Source of the DNA: Candidatus Eiseniibacteriota bacterium
GTDB lineage: Bacteria; Eisenbacteria; RBG-16-71-46; CAVPCR01
Reading direction: 5' to 3'
DNA: 64,000 nt
Assembly: GCA_963823555.1 (NCBI GenBank)
Contig: CAWGMA010000001.1
Span: 1,152,001-1,216,000 of the forward strand
Every line of letters begins with the position of its first letter. The stretch's first letter is position 1. Below the pieces are notes generated by a model. It saw nothing but the letters and a program-made list of their open reading frames with translations. It did not search any database and was not told the DNA's origin. A program made the translations under genes and the position numbers. Below, piece by piece: positions 20,498-31,245 of the stretch.

Positions 20498-22501
20498 ATG
20501 AGCCAGAGGGAGCGAGCCGAGTTCAAGCTCAAGGCCGATTACGTGCCCGAGGGGGATCAGCCGCAGGCGATCCGCGAGCTCACGGAGGGGATCGAGCGCG
20601 GCGACACGGCGCAGGTCCTCCTCGGGGTCACCGGTTCGGGGAAGACCTTCACCATCGCCAATGTGATCCAGGCGGTGGGGCGGCCGACGCTCGTCATCTC
20701 TCACAACAAGACCCTGGCAGCCCAGCTCTACGGGGAGTTCAAGAGCTTCTTTCCCGAGAACGCGGTCGGGTACTTCGTCTCGTACTACGACTACTACCAG
20801 CCCGAGGCCTATGTCCCGGCCACCAACACCTACATCGAGAAGGATGCCTCGATCAACGACGACATCGATCGGTTGCGCCTGCAGGCGACGAGCGCTCTTC
20901 TCGAGCGCGACGATGTCATCATCGTGGCTTCAGTCTCCTGCATCTACGGCCTGGGGAATCCCAGCGAGTTCAAGGGCCTCCGGCTCGATCTCAGGAACGG
21001 CCAGACCTACGAGCGCGATGAGATCCTGCACACGCTCGTGGACCTCCAGTACACGCGGAACGACATCGACTGGCGGCGCAGCACGTTCCGGGTCCGCGGT
21101 GACGTGGTGGAGATCCGGCCGGCCTACGAGGAGCATGGGGTACGAATCGAGCTCTTCGGGGAAACGGTCGATCGCATCTCGATCATCGATCCCCTGACCG
21201 GGAAGACGCTCCGCCGCCTCGATCGGCTGGCGATCTACCCGGCCAAGCACTTCGTCACCTCCGGGGAGCGCCTGACCCATGCCATCACCGCCATCGAGGA
21301 CGAACTCGATGAGCGCCTGGGCTTCTTCCAGCGGGAGGGGAAGCTCCTCGAGGCGCAGCGGTTGCGCACGCGCACCAACTACGATCTCGAGATGCTGCGC
21401 GAGATCGGTTACTGCCCAGGAATCGAGAACTACGCCCGCCACCTCTCGGGCCGCGCGGCCGGCGATCGCCCGAGCTGCCTCATCGACTACTTTCCACCTG
21501 ACTTCCTCCTCGTCATCGACGAGTCCCACGTCACGGTGCCGCAGATCGGGGGCATGTTCGAGGGGGACCAATCGCGAAAGCGCACGCTCGTCGAGCATGG
21601 TTTCCGATTGCCGTCGGCCCTCGACAACCGCCCGCTGCGTTTCACCGAGTTCACCGCTCTCGTCGGGCAGCGGATCTATGTCTCGGCCACTCCAAGAGAC
21701 TACGAGCTCATGGATGCAGGTGGCGTCGTGGTCGAGCAGCTGATCCGCCCCACGGGTCTCGTCGATCCCGTGATCGACGTGCGTCCGGTTGAGGGCCAGG
21801 TGGACGACCTCCTGGCCGAGATCCGGAAGCGCGTCGAGCGCCGGGAGCGAGTCCTGGTCACCACGCTCACCAAGCGCATGGCCGAGGATTTGACCGACTA
21901 CCTGGGCGAGATGGGAGTCCGGGTGCGCTACCTCCATTCGGATATCGATGCCATCGAGCGGGTCGAGATCCTGAGGGGTTTGCGTCTCGCGGAATTCGAT
22001 GTCCTCGTCGGCATCAACCTCCTGCGCGAGGGGCTCGATCTCCCCGAGGTGAGCCTGGTCGCCGTGCTCGATGCCGACAAGGAAGGGTTCCTGCGTTCGG
22101 AGACCTCGCTCATCCAGACCGCGGGCCGCGCCGCCCGTAATGTCGGCGGATCGGTCATTCTCTATGCCGATACCGTGACCGGATCGATCGAGCGGGCGGT
22201 CGGCGAGACCAACCGCCGGCGCGCCAAGCAGCTCTCCTGGAACCAGGAGCACGGCATCACCCCGCGCTCGATCCTCAAATCGGTGGAGCAGGTCCGGCTC
22301 ACGACTCGCGTCGCCGACGCGCCGGCGGCCTTTGCCGAGGAGCCCGAGTTCCTGCCGCCCGAGAAGATCGGCCAGCTCACGCGCGAGGAGCTGATCCGCG
22401 AGCTCGAGCGCGAGATGCTGGCCTGCGCCGCCCGCCTCGAGTTCGAGCAGGCGGCGAGCCTCAGGGATCGGATCGAGGAGCTGGAATCCCGCGGGAGCTA
22501 G
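20498..22501 (+). CDS. uvrB: Excinuclease ABC subunit B
   Basis: [44 protein letters not shown]-terminal UVR (FEQAASLRD). Confidence 0.97.
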   Translation: MSQRERAEFKLKADYVPEGDQPQAIRELTEGIERGDTAQVLLGVTGSGKTFTIANVIQAVGRPTLVISHNKTLAAQLYGEFKSFFPENAVGYFVSYYDYYQPEAYVPATNTYIEKDASINDDIDRLRLQATSALLERDDVIIVASVSCIYGLGNPSEFKGLRLDLRNGQTYERDEILHTLVDLQYTRNDIDWRRSTFRVRGDVVEIRPAYEEHGVRIELFGETVDRISIIDPLTGKTLRRLDRLAIYPAKHFVTSGERLTHAITAIEDELDERLGFFQREGKLLEAQRLRTRTNYDLEMLREIGYCPGIENYARHLSGRAAGDRPSCLIDYFPPDFLLVIDESHVTVPQIGGMFEGDQSRKRTLVEHGFRLPSALDNRPLRFTEFTALVGQRIYVSATPRDYELMDAGGVVVEQLIRPTGLVDPVIDVRPVEGQVDDLLAEIRKRVERRERVLVTTLTKRMAEDLTDYLGEMGVRVRYLHSDIDAIERVEILRGLRLAEFDVLVGINLLREGLDLPEVSLVAVLDADKEGFLRSETSLIQTAGRAARNVGGSVILYADTVTGSIERAVGETNRRRAKQLSWNQEHGITPRSILKSVEQVRLTTRVADAPAAFAEEPEFLPPEKIGQLTREELIRELEREMLACAARLEFEQAASLRDRIEELESRGS

Positions 22502-22505
22502 CGCG

Positions 22506-25500
22506 TCAGCTCGACACTCCCTTCAGGTTGTCGCCAGGGACGCGATCGATGAGGAGATGACGGGGGTCGATGCCGGCGCTCGACGGCTCCTCATCGACCG
22601 TGATCAGGATCTCGCCGGTGCCGGATGCCAGCTGATGCCGCTCGAGGTGGAGTGGGCGCTCCCTCCGGTCCCCATCCCCGCCGGCGCCGTAGATGCCCAC
22701 CTCGATCCAGTCCCGGTGGTCGATCTCGGTCTCGACCCCGCGGCCGTCGGCCCGCAGCTTGTGCGATTGGTAGGCGATCCGGACCGCGTAACGCCCATCC
22801 GCGGTCCGCTCCACCGTCGCCTTCTCGGTGCGGTTGTCATAGAGGGTGATGGTGTGGAAGAGATCCGTGATGAGGTAGCGGTATTCCTCCGGGGTCGCCG
22901 CCCGCAGTCGGTCCACGAGCTCCGGCGATGTGGCATAGGGTGGCCCTTGGAAGGCGTTCGCTGCGACGAAATCACGGAGGACCGTATTCAGTGCCTCCTC
23001 GCCGATGTAGGTGCGGAGCGCATAGAAGGCGAGGCTGCCCTTGTTGTAGTAGACATAAGGCTGGTTCTCGACCTGCATGAGCGGGAGCTCCTCGTCCCGC
23101 TCCCGGCCCCGGCCCTCGAGGTACCGCTTGAGCTCGTAGGCCAGGAACTGACGCATCTCGTCCCGGCCGTAGTCTTTCTCCATCACCATGAGCGCGCTGT
23201 ATTGAGCCAGGCTCTCGGCGATCATCTGCCCGCCCTGGGCGTGGGCCGGCGTGACCTGGTGGCCCCACCACTGATGGGCGACCTCGTGCGCGGTCAGATA
23301 GAACACCATGTCGATGTTCTTGTCGGAGCGCAGGTCCTCGATGAAGTGGGCGCCTTCGGAGAACGGCACCGTATTGGGGAACGACTGCGCGAAGCGGCGG
23401 TAGCGCGGGAACTCGATGATCCGCATCTGGCGGTGCTGGTAAGGGCCGAAGTTCTCGCTGCAGTAGGCGAGGGTCTTCTTGATGGCCTCGCTCATCCGCT
23501 CGATGTTGTAGCCGTGATCCGGGTGGTGGTAGATCTCGATGGCGACGTCGCCCCAGCGATCCCTCGCCACGGCGTAGCGGCCGGAGAGGAAGGCGTAGAA
23601 GTTATCGATGGGGGCGTCCATCGCGTACTCGAAGCGGCGGCGTCCGGACTCGATCCGCTCTCCCTCGAGATACCCGGGGGCAATGGCGATCTGGTCGCGA
23701 CGGGTGCTGATGGCGGCCGCGAAACGAATCCAGTCCGCATCCGGGGTGAAGAGACTCCGATTGCGGGCAGTCGCGTCGTCGGGAGCCGGCAAGTGGCGGC
23801 TGGGTTCGAGCCCGCGCTTCTTCCGTTCCTTGGTTTCCTCGAGCTCCGCCTCGGAGTCATAGCCGATACGCGGTACGGTGCGGAAGTTGTCGAAGAAGGT
23901 GCCGTTCGCCACGAGCTCGGTGTTGGGATCGTTGTTGACGAAGCCCCGGATCCTCCCGCTCACGGTGAATGCGAGCGGCATCGAATCGCCTGGAGCGAGA
24001 GCGGGCGTGAGCCGGTAGATCCGGTAGCCGATCTCCTCGTCGCCCAGCTCCAGGCTCTCCGCCGGGAGGGCCGGATAGCGCGCTTCGAGATCGGGGTCCG
24101 CGCGCAGGTGAAGCCGGTCGATACTTGCTGTCGAGCGGTTGACCAGGGTGTAGGAGCCGGCGATCTCAACCCCGCGCTCCTCGGGGCGGAGGGCAACCTC
24201 GATGCTGGCCGCGGTCAGGCGCGGCTGGGGGATGCCCTCGTACTGCTTGTAACGCTCCTCATAGGCTGCCTTGAGACGATCTCGTTCCTTCTTCGGGCGG
24301 TAGGGATTGAGGACGTTGGTGTTCGTGAAGATCCAGCTGCCGACGAGGAGGAACCCGAGACCGCATGCGGTGAGCGCCGCCGTGCGCCGGTGGGTCCAGA
24401 ACTTCGCGGCGCGCTTCTTCCAGAGCGGCTGCAGCTGACTCCCGCGCGGCCAGAAGGCGTCGGCGAGAATGATCAGGCCGGTGGCCAGGAAGGCCCAGTA
24501 GATGTTGAACCAGGTGAGCGGCGCCACATAGTGGCCATAGCCGTTCATGTCCGAGTAGATGAAGCTGGGCGTCGTCCGATAGAGATACAGATGATGCTCG
24601 TAGCCGGCATCGGGGAGGAAGTCGTTGGCCAGGAAGTAGACGAGCATGACCAGGAATCCCAGGTAGCGCTGCCGGCAGGCCACCTGGACGAAGAGGGCGA
24701 GGGCGGCCAGCAGGAGCCAGTTGGGAAATGAAATGAGGAAGAGTCCCTTCAGGTAGAGGGCGGGTTCGATCCGGAAGTAACCATGGAGGAGCTGCCAGAT
24801 CACGGTGGTGGCCATCCCGATCGCCAGGGAGACCAGGATGACCATCGCCAGGGCGGCGAGCTTGGCTCCGAGCGGGAGCCAGTTCGGTGTCGGGAGCGCG
24901 TCATGGAGCTCATGGATTCGCTGCCGGCGCTCCCGCCACACGAGCTCGGCGGCATAGAGCACGACGACGATGAGGATGAAGAGGTCATAACCACCGCTGA
25001 TATGGCTCAGCATGCGCTGCGTGACTGGATAAGTGCGGGCGGCATCGACGTTGGGGATGAGATTGCCGAGGAGATTGAGCACCGCGAAGATGATGAGCAC
25101 CAGGAAGGGCAGGCTCTTGAGGATCCCCATGGTCTCCACTCGGGTCTGCCACAGCCACTGCCTGGCGCGCGCTCCCCGATCGAAGCGCGGGGTCAGGGAG
25201 CGGGACGCGTCATCCGGGGGCCGAGCGCCAGGCGATCGCGAAGCGTGCGTCTCGGCCGCCTGATCCGCGCCAGGGCGAGCGCGGCGTTTCGTCCCGTCGA
25301 GCGTCAGGCGATGACGCCACCCCGTGATCGCCACGAGCGCGAGCGCCACCAGGATCCAGACCAGGCGGTTCAGGAGCAAGGGGCCCGCGAGCGGAAGGAT
25401 GAGCGTGTTGCGCTCGGACACGGTCCAGTAGCGGGTGAGGAGATCGAAGGCGCTGCGGCCGAAGGGGTCGACGAGGATGGCCAGGGACTCGCGGTCGAGG

Positions 25501-26093
25501 TCGCCGAGGAAGGCTTGCGAGAAGGCCCAGAGCATCATGAGGCCGATCATGGCCACGTAGGTGACGAGGGCCCGGCGCGTGAGGACGGCGATCGAGAAGA
25601 AGATGGCGCCGGCCAGGAGCATGTTGGGCACAACGAAGACCGCCATGGCGTGCAGGTAGGGGCGAAGCTGGAACGGCAGGATGGCGTCTGGATCCTGCCA
25701 CGGCATGTAACTCGCGAGGACGATGCCGAGGATGGCTCCGCCGGTCGTGAGGACGGCCAGGAGCACGGACGCGAGGTAGCGGCCGGCCAGAAAGGGCCCC
25801 TTGCTGAGCGGGGTGGTGAAGAACAGCTCCTGCATTCCCAGTTCCCGGTCGCGGATGACCACAGAGGCCATGAGGATGGTGACGATGATCATCCCGACCA
25901 TGCCCATGTCGATGAGCAATCGCGTGATGATGTAAGGCGAGTTGCGGGCCACGTTGCCCATCGCGCCGCCGATCTGGACCGAATCGGTGGACACGGCCAT
26001 GAAGGTCATGAAGCAGGACAGAGCGGCGAAGACATAGACCGCCGGTTGCCGCAGGCGGTAGCCCAGCTCGAAGCGAAAGACCTCGGCGAGCAT
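22506..26093 (-). CDS. ABC-2-type permease fused to an M1-family aminopeptidase
   Basis: Two multi-TM halves, then FAQSFPNTVPFSE, HEVAHQWWG...ESLAQY (HExxH-x18-E) and YYNKGS; RBS before ATG 26093. Confidence 0.9.
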   Translation of the reverse strand: MLAEVFRFELGYRLRQPAVYVFAALSCFMTFMAVSTDSVQIGGAMGNVARNSPYIITRLLIDMGMVGMIIVTILMASVVIRDRELGMQELFFTTPLSKGPFLAGRYLASVLLAVLTTGGAILGIVLASYMPWQDPDAILPFQLRPYLHAMAVFVVPNMLLAGAIFFSIAVLTRRALVTYVAMIGLMMLWAFSQAFLGDLDRESLAILVDPFGRSAFDLLTRYWTVSERNTLILPLAGPLLLNRLVWILVALALVAITGWRHRLTLDGTKRRARPGADQAAETHASRSPGARPPDDASRSLTPRFDRGARARQWLWQTRVETMGILKSLPFLVLIIFAVLNLLGNLIPNVDAARTYPVTQRMLSHISGGYDLFILIVVVLYAAELVWRERRQRIHELHDALPTPNWLPLGAKLAALAMVILVSLAIGMATTVIWQLLHGYFRIEPALYLKGLFLISFPNWLLLAALALFVQVACRQRYLGFLVMLVYFLANDFLPDAGYEHHLYLYRTTPSFIYSDMNGYGHYVAPLTWFNIYWAFLATGLIILADAFWPRGSQLQPLWKKRAAKFWTHRRTAALTACGLGFLLVGSWIFTNTNVLNPYRPKKERDRLKAAYEERYKQYEGIPQPRLTAASIEVALRPEERGVEIAGSYTLVNRSTASIDRLHLRADPDLEARYPALPAESLELGDEEIGYRIYRLTPALAPGDSMPLAFTVSGRIRGFVNNDPNTELVANGTFFDNFRTVPRIGYDSEAELEETKERKKRGLEPSRHLPAPDDATARNRSLFTPDADWIRFAAAISTRRDQIAIAPGYLEGERIESGRRRFEYAMDAPIDNFYAFLSGRYAVARDRWGDVAIEIYHHPDHGYNIERMSEAIKKTLAYCSENFGPYQHRQMRIIEFPRYRRFAQSFPNTVPFSEGAHFIEDLRSDKNIDMVFYLTAHEVAHQWWGHQVTPAHAQGGQMIAESLAQYSALMVMEKDYGRDEMRQFLAYELKRYLEGRGRERDEELPLMQVENQPYVYYNKGSLAFYALRTYIGEEALNTVLRDFVAANAFQGPPYATSPELVDRLRAATPEEYRYLITDLFHTITLYDNRTEKATVERTADGRYAVRIAYQSHKLRADGRGVETEIDHRDWIEVGIYGAGGDGDRRERPLHLERHQLASGTGEILITVDEEPSSAGIDPRHLLIDRVPGDNLKGVSS

Positions 26094-26097
26094 GGGA

Positions 26098-26976
26098 TCA
26101 CCTCTCCCCGGCGGCGCCGAGGGCGCGGAAGTAGACGTCACGGAGATCGGGGTGAACGGGCTCGAAGCCCGGCTCCGGGGGGGCGTCGCCATAGACGTGG
26201 ACCACGGTCCTGCCGGCGGTCAGCCGGGTCGAGATCACCTCGTGGCGCTGTCGGGTTGCGGCAAGCTCGGATCGCTCGATGGTCCTCCGCCAGGTCTTCT
26301 GGCGCATGGCAGCGATCGCTTCCTGGGGATCACCCGTCATCAGCACGCGCCCGCGATCGATGATCGCCATCCGGCGACACACCTGGCTCACGTCGTCCAC
26401 GATATGGGTGGAGAGGATGACGATGACGTTCTCGCCGATCTCGCTCAGTAGATCGAGAAAGCGCATGCGCTCCTCCGGGTCGAGGCCGGCCGTCGGCTCA
26501 TCGACGATGATGAGCCGAGGATTGCCCAGGAGAGCCTGGGCGATGCCGAAGCGCTGCCGCATGCCGCCGGAGAACTCACCGAGGTTCTTCCGGCGGACCG
26601 CCCACAGATTGGTCTGCTCGAGCAGTTGATCGACGGCGTCGCGTCGCGCAGCGGCGTTCACCAGGCCCTTGAGCACGGCGAAGTGGTGAAGGAGGACTTC
26701 AGCCTTGATGTGGGGATAGAGACCGAAATCCTGGGGCAGATAGCCGAGCACGCGACGTACGGCGTCCTTCTCCCGGAGAACGTCCGTCGTACCGAGGTGG
26801 ATCGTCCCGCTGTCGACCTCCTGCAGCGTGGCGATCGAGCGCATCAAGGTCGTCTTGCCGGCGCCGTTGGGCCCGAGCAGGCCGAACATCCCCGTGGGCA
26901 CGGTCAGGGTCAGATCGTCGAGGGCGGTGACGCCGCCGGGATAGGTCTTCGTGACATTGCGAATCGTGAGCTCCAT
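26098..26976 (-). CDS. ABC transporter ATP-binding protein
   Basis: GPNGAGKTT, FSGGMRQR, IVDEPTAGLDP, STH; RBS GAGGAGG. Confidence 0.95.
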   Translation of the reverse strand: MELTIRNVTKTYPGGVTALDDLTLTVPTGMFGLLGPNGAGKTTLMRSIATLQEVDSGTIHLGTTDVLREKDAVRRVLGYLPQDFGLYPHIKAEVLLHHFAVLKGLVNAAARRDAVDQLLEQTNLWAVRRKNLGEFSGGMRQRFGIAQALLGNPRLIIVDEPTAGLDPEERMRFLDLLSEIGENVIVILSTHIVDDVSQVCRRMAIIDRGRVLMTGDPQEAIAAMRQKTWRRTIERSELAATRQRHEVISTRLTAGRTVVHVYGDAPPEPGFEPVHPDLRDVYFRALGAAGER

Positions 26977-27060
26977 CCTGCCTCCTCGAGCTTCCCCGGC
27001 TGTGGTGCCGGGATCCGGCTCCATGGGCATAGACCGCCGGCGGCGCCGGGTTGTTTCCGC

Positions 27061-27133
27061 AAAATGGTGTGTGGGAGAGGCGTGCCGCAAGGTCGCACTC
27101 CCGTTGACACGCGATCTCGTGACGTGCCACGCT
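27061..27133. promoter_or_regulatory. Divergent sigma-70-type promoters (ABC operon / nadC operon)
   Basis: Minus strand TTGCGG-N18-CATTTT (27090-27061); plus strand TTGACA-N18-CACGCT (27104-27133). Confidence 0.45.
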
Positions 27134-27298
27134 CCTTGCTCGCCGCGCCCGAGGTTTCGGAGCGCAGCATCCCGATACTTCCAGGCCCGTGTTCCCGGCG
27201 GTGACTCCTGCGTGCTCGATGCGACGCCCACGCCGGGGCGAGCCGATGATGGGCGGCCCGCTTCGCGGCCGCTCCGCCGGCGGGCGGAGGATTGACAC

Positions 27299-28183
27299 GT
27301 GAAGCTCGAGACCATTGCTCAGCCGATCGTCCGCCTCGCGCTCGCCGAGGACCTCGGGTCGGGAGATGTCACCACTCAGAGTCTGGTGTCGCCCACGGCC
27401 CGGGCCCGAGCCCACATCGAAGCGCGTCAACCTGGCGTGCTGGCCGGGCTCGATGTGGCGCGGCTCGCATTCCGGGAACTCGATCCAGCTGCCGTGTTCC
27501 GGTTTGCCGTGCGCGACGGGGCGCACCTGCTTGCCGGGCAATCGGTGGGCAGCATCGAGGCCAAGGCGCGCGCCATCCTCTCCGGGGAGCGCGTGGCCCT
27601 CAATCTGTTGCAGCATCTCTCGGGGATCGCCACCCTCACCGCGCGCTTCGTCGCCGCCCTCGATGGGACGCCGGTCAAGGTGCGCGACACACGCAAGACA
27701 CTGCCCGGGCTCCGGGTGCTCGAGAAGTACGCCGTTCTCGTCGGCGGCGGGCTGAACCACCGCTTTGGTCTCTTCGACATGGTGCTGATCAAGGACAACC
27801 ATCTACCGGCGGTGGGATCGATCACCGGCGCCGTGCGCGCTGTTCGGCGCGCCCATCCGGATCTCGAGATCCAGGTCGAGGTGCGCAACGCCGACGAGGC
27901 CGAAGAGGCGGTGCGGGCCGGGGTGAATCAGATTCTCCTCGACAACATGGATCCCGCCGGGATCCAGGCCGCCCTCGAGCGCATCGATGTGCACCCCGAT
28001 TCCCCCGGCGAGCCCGGGGCTCCGGGTCGACCCTGGATCGAGGTCTCGGGTGGGGTCCGACTCGAGACGGTGCGATCGCTCGCCCTTCCCGGCGTCGATT
28101 CGGTGGCGATCGGCGCCATCACTCACTCCGCCCCGGCCCTGGATCTGGCTCTGGTGGTCGATGCGATCGAGGACTTCGCCTGA
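27299..28183 (+). CDS. nadC: Nicotinate-nucleotide diphosphorylase (carboxylating)
   Basis: ALAEDLGSGDVTT, ERVALNLLQHLSGIAT, DTRKTLPG, NHRFGLFD, IKDNH, LLDNM, EVSGG. Confidence 0.95.
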   Translation: MKLETIAQPIVRLALAEDLGSGDVTTQSLVSPTARARAHIEARQPGVLAGLDVARLAFRELDPAAVFRFAVRDGAHLLAGQSVGSIEAKARAILSGERVALNLLQHLSGIATLTARFVAALDGTPVKVRDTRKTLPGLRVLEKYAVLVGGGLNHRFGLFDMVLIKDNHLPAVGSITGAVRAVRRAHPDLEIQVEVRNADEAEEAVRAGVNQILLDNMDPAGIQAALERIDVHPDSPGEPGAPGRPWIEVSGGVRLETVRSLALPGVDSVAIGAITHSAPALDLALVVDAIEDFA

Positions 28184-28235
28184 CGCCGCCTCGCGATGGC
28201 CTCCTGGCAGCGCGACCAAGGGAGATGGGGTCGGG

Positions 28236-29015
28236 ATGACCGACTGGGTTCTGGCCGATCCGCTCGATACGCGCATCATAACCGGCTTGCTCACGACCAG
28301 GGTGTTGGGGCGTGAACTCGAACTTCATCGCTCGCTCCCTTCGACCAGCGACCGTGTTCGTGAGCGGGCCGGGGAAGGGGCGCCGGCTGGTCTGGTCGTG
28401 TTCGCCGAAGAGCAGACCCGAGGACGAGGCCGGGGCGGGAGTCGATGGGAGTCTCCGCCCGGGACGGGCATCTGGCTATCGGCGCTTCTCCCGCCCGGCA
28501 TCCAGTCGCCCGGACTCGTGATGCTCGGTGCCGGGGTGGCCGTGGCCCGCGCCGTCGAACGCGTGAGCGGGGTCCGGACCGCGCTCAAGTGGCCCAACGA
28601 CCTGGAGATCGCCGGGGCCAAGCTTTGTGGTATCTTGGGCGAAATGTCGCCGCAAACGGGTGTCGTTCTTGGCATCGGCGTGAACGTGCATGCCGTGCCG
28701 GCGGGGATGGATCGGCACGTGATCGCCCTCGATGACGCCGCTGGGCGTCCGGTGGCTCGCAACCCGCTCGTGGCCGCGATCCTGGGCGATCTCGAGGCGG
28801 TGCTCGACGAGGTCGAAGCCGGTCGCTCGGGGCAGGTCCTTGCCGCCTGGCGCACACTCTGTTGCCACATGGGAGCGCGGGTCAGGATCACGACAGGGGA
28901 GGAGGTTGTGGGCGGCGTGGCGGACAGCGTGAGCTCGACCGGGGCGCTCATCCTCAGGTGCGATGACGGCCGTCTCATGACCATCACCTCCGGATCCCTC
29001 TCGGTCGAGTCATGA
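28236..29015 (+). CDS. birA: Biotin--[acetyl-CoA-carboxylase] ligase, without N-terminal HTH
   Basis: AEEQTRGRGRGG.RWESP, KWPND, KLCGIL, LGIGVNV. Confidence 0.92.
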   Translation: MTDWVLADPLDTRIITGLLTTRVLGRELELHRSLPSTSDRVRERAGEGAPAGLVVFAEEQTRGRGRGGSRWESPPGTGIWLSALLPPGIQSPGLVMLGAGVAVARAVERVSGVRTALKWPNDLEIAGAKLCGILGEMSPQTGVVLGIGVNVHAVPAGMDRHVIALDDAAGRPVARNPLVAAILGDLEAVLDEVEAGRSGQVLAAWRTLCCHMGARVRITTGEEVVGGVADSVSSTGALILRCDDGRLMTITSGSLSVES

Positions 29016-29509
29016 AGTGCCCGGCTTGCGGACATCTCGAGGACCGGGTGATCGACTCCCGGGCGACCAAAGAGGGCAGCGCCATTCGCCGCCGTCGTGA
29101 ATGCCTCGCTTGCGGGCATCGGTTCACGACCTATGAAGAGATCGAGACCCGGGTGCTCTACGTCGTCAAGCGCGACGGCAGGCGCGAACCCTTCGATCTG
29201 GACAAGCTGTGGGGCGGGGTCCGGCGAGCCACGGAAAAGCGTCCCATTCCAGCCGCGGTTCTCGAGGCGGCGGTCGATCGTATCGAGACCGCCATTCGCG
29301 CCCTGGGGGTGAGCGAGGTGTCCAGCTCGGCGGTCGGGGAGCGCGTGATGGCGGAGCTGCGCGCGATCGACGAGGTGGCCTACGTCCGCTTTGCCTCGGT
29401 CTACCGCCAGTTCCGCGACGTGAGCCAGTTCATGGATGAGGTCAAGAGCCTGCGCGGCGGGACGGGGGAGCCGGCAGCCGAACCGGCTCCGGACAGGGAG
29501 GCTCGGTGA
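29012..29509 (+). CDS. nrdR: Transcriptional repressor NrdR
   Basis: MKCPAC...VIDSR...IRRRRECLACGHRFTTYE, VAYVRFASVYRQF. Confidence 0.97.
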   Translation: MKCPACGHLEDRVIDSRATKEGSAIRRRRECLACGHRFTTYEEIETRVLYVVKRDGRREPFDLDKLWGGVRRATEKRPIPAAVLEAAVDRIETAIRALGVSEVSSSAVGERVMAELRAIDEVAYVRFASVYRQFRDVSQFMDEVKSLRGGTGEPAAEPAPDREAR

Positions 29510-30354
29510 AGTTGCCGCGCAGCGTCGCCGAGATGCCCTTCCTCGATCACCTCGAGGAACTGCGGCGAGTTCTCATCGACTCCATCATCGCGATCGTGGT
29601 GGGAATGGCCGCCAGCTGGGCCTTCTCCGGCTGGATCCTCGAATACCTGATCGCGAGCACGATGCCCGGCGACATGCCCGTCATCTTCCTGGGGCCGGCC
29701 GAGGCTTTCGGGGCGCGCATCAAGGTCGCCCTGACGATGAGCGTGTTCCTCGTCCTGCCCTTCGTGCTGTGGCGGATCTGGCGCTTCGTCGTGCCCGGGC
29801 TGCTTCGCGAGGAGCGCGCGCTCGTCCTGCCACTGGTCCTGGGGTCCACGCTCCTCTTCTACATCGGGGGAGTGTTCGGACTGTGGGTGCTGGTCCCGGT
29901 CGTCATGCGCATCCTCCTGTCGTTCGGCACCGCGAGCATGGTGCCGAACATCGCCGTTGGATTGCTGCTCACGTTCATCCTGCGCCTGGTCCTCGCCTGT
30001 GGGCTCATCTTCGAGCTGCCGCTCGTGACCACGGCGCTGACCATGGCGGGAATCATCAGCCCGAAGGATCTGTGGTCGAAATGGCGCTATGCCATCTTGA
30101 TCATCTTCGTCATCGCGGCAGTGGTGACGCCCGGGGATGGTCCGTCGATGCTCGTTCTTGCCATACCGGTCACGGCTCTCTACTTCATAAGCGTGGGGCT
30201 CTCCTTCCTGGTGCGGAGGCGAGGGCGCGCGGCGGAAGACTGGAGCGAGGAGCCGGCGATTGCGCCGCAGGCGCCGGCCGGCACGGCGCCGCGGCCGGCG
30301 GATCCACCGGCCGCGGCCGATCGCACCCCCGAGTCAGGCGAGGAGAAGCCATGA
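29506..30354 (+). CDS. tatC: Twin-arginine translocase subunit TatC
   Basis: [32 protein letters not shown]. Confidence 0.95.
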   Translation: MKLPRSVAEMPFLDHLEELRRVLIDSIIAIVVGMAASWAFSGWILEYLIASTMPGDMPVIFLGPAEAFGARIKVALTMSVFLVLPFVLWRIWRFVVPGLLREERALVLPLVLGSTLLFYIGGVFGLWVLVPVVMRILLSFGTASMVPNIAVGLLLTFILRLVLACGLIFELPLVTTALTMAGIISPKDLWSKWRYAILIIFVIAAVVTPGDGPSMLVLAIPVTALYFISVGLSFLVRRRGRAAEDWSEEPAIAPQAPAGTAPRPADPPAAADRTPESGEEKP

Positions 30355-31154
30355 GCAGGCGGCGAGTCTCGACTCCGGAGCTGGTTCTGGCGGTCGATGT
30401 CGGCAACACGAGCGCGACCTTCGGTGTCTTTCACGATGAGGATCTGGTGGCGCAGTGGGGGCTTGCGAGCACTGTCGAACGCAGTGCCGATGAGATCGCC
30501 CATCTGCTCCGTGGTCTCGCCGCCGACCGCGAACTCGACCTCGACAAGCCGGCTGCGGGGGTGCTGGCCAGTGTGGTGCCGGCGATGACACGCGAGTTTG
30601 CCGGAGCCCTGACCCGTATGGGGGTGAGATCCCCGCTCATCGTCGACCACACGACCGATCTGGGCATCCGCAATCGCTATCGCGATCCATCGGCGGTCGG
30701 TCCCGATCGGCTGGCCAACGCCGCCGCCGCGCGAGTGCACTACGGCGCTCCAGCCGTGGTGGTGGACCTCGGTACCGCCACCACCTTCGATGTCCTGAGC
30801 GCGCGTGGCGAGTATCTGGGCGGGGTCATTGCACCAGGACTCGTCACCTCCGCCGACGTGCTCTTTCGCCGCGCCGCGCGTCTCCAGCGGATCGAGCTCG
30901 CGCTCCCAGAACGCGTCGTCGGGCGCACGACGGAGGAGAGCATTCGCGCCGGGATCGTCCTCGGCAATGCCATCCTGGTCGACGGGCTGGTGGCGCGCAT
31001 TGCCGCCGAGATCTGCGCCAAGCCGCGCGTCATCGCGACCGGGGGATATGCCGAGCTCATCGGCAAGGCCGCCCGTTCGATCGAAGTCATCGATCCGGCC
31101 CTGACCCTGAAGGGTCTTCTCCTCGCCCATCGTCGGCGCCAGCGCCGCCGCTGA
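30351..31154 (+). CDS. coaX: Type III pantothenate kinase
   Basis: [49 protein letters not shown] overlap with tatC. Confidence 0.95.
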   Translation: MSRRRVSTPELVLAVDVGNTSATFGVFHDEDLVAQWGLASTVERSADEIAHLLRGLAADRELDLDKPAAGVLASVVPAMTREFAGALTRMGVRSPLIVDHTTDLGIRNRYRDPSAVGPDRLANAAAARVHYGAPAVVVDLGTATTFDVLSARGEYLGGVIAPGLVTSADVLFRRAARLQRIELALPERVVGRTTEESIRAGIVLGNAILVDGLVARIAAEICAKPRVIATGGYAELIGKAARSIEVIDPALTLKGLLLAHRRRQRRR

Positions 31155-31166
31155 CCACAAGTCGGC

Positions 31167-31195
31167 TTGCCCTCCACGGCGCAACCCGCTAGGAT
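31167..31195 (+). promoter_or_regulatory. sigma-70-type promoter for groEL
   Basis: TTGCCC-N17-TAGGAT; no CIRCE repeat seen. Confidence 0.45.
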
Positions 31196-31245
31196 CCTTG
31201 GCTCTTGCTGTATCCCGATCTCGAGCTCGCCACAGAGGAGAAGTC

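Noticed and set aside
29436..30350. 572-aa ORF suggesting an N-terminally extended CoaX
   Set aside because: The extension overlaps tatC in another frame; the ATG at 30351 has an RBS and ATGA coupling
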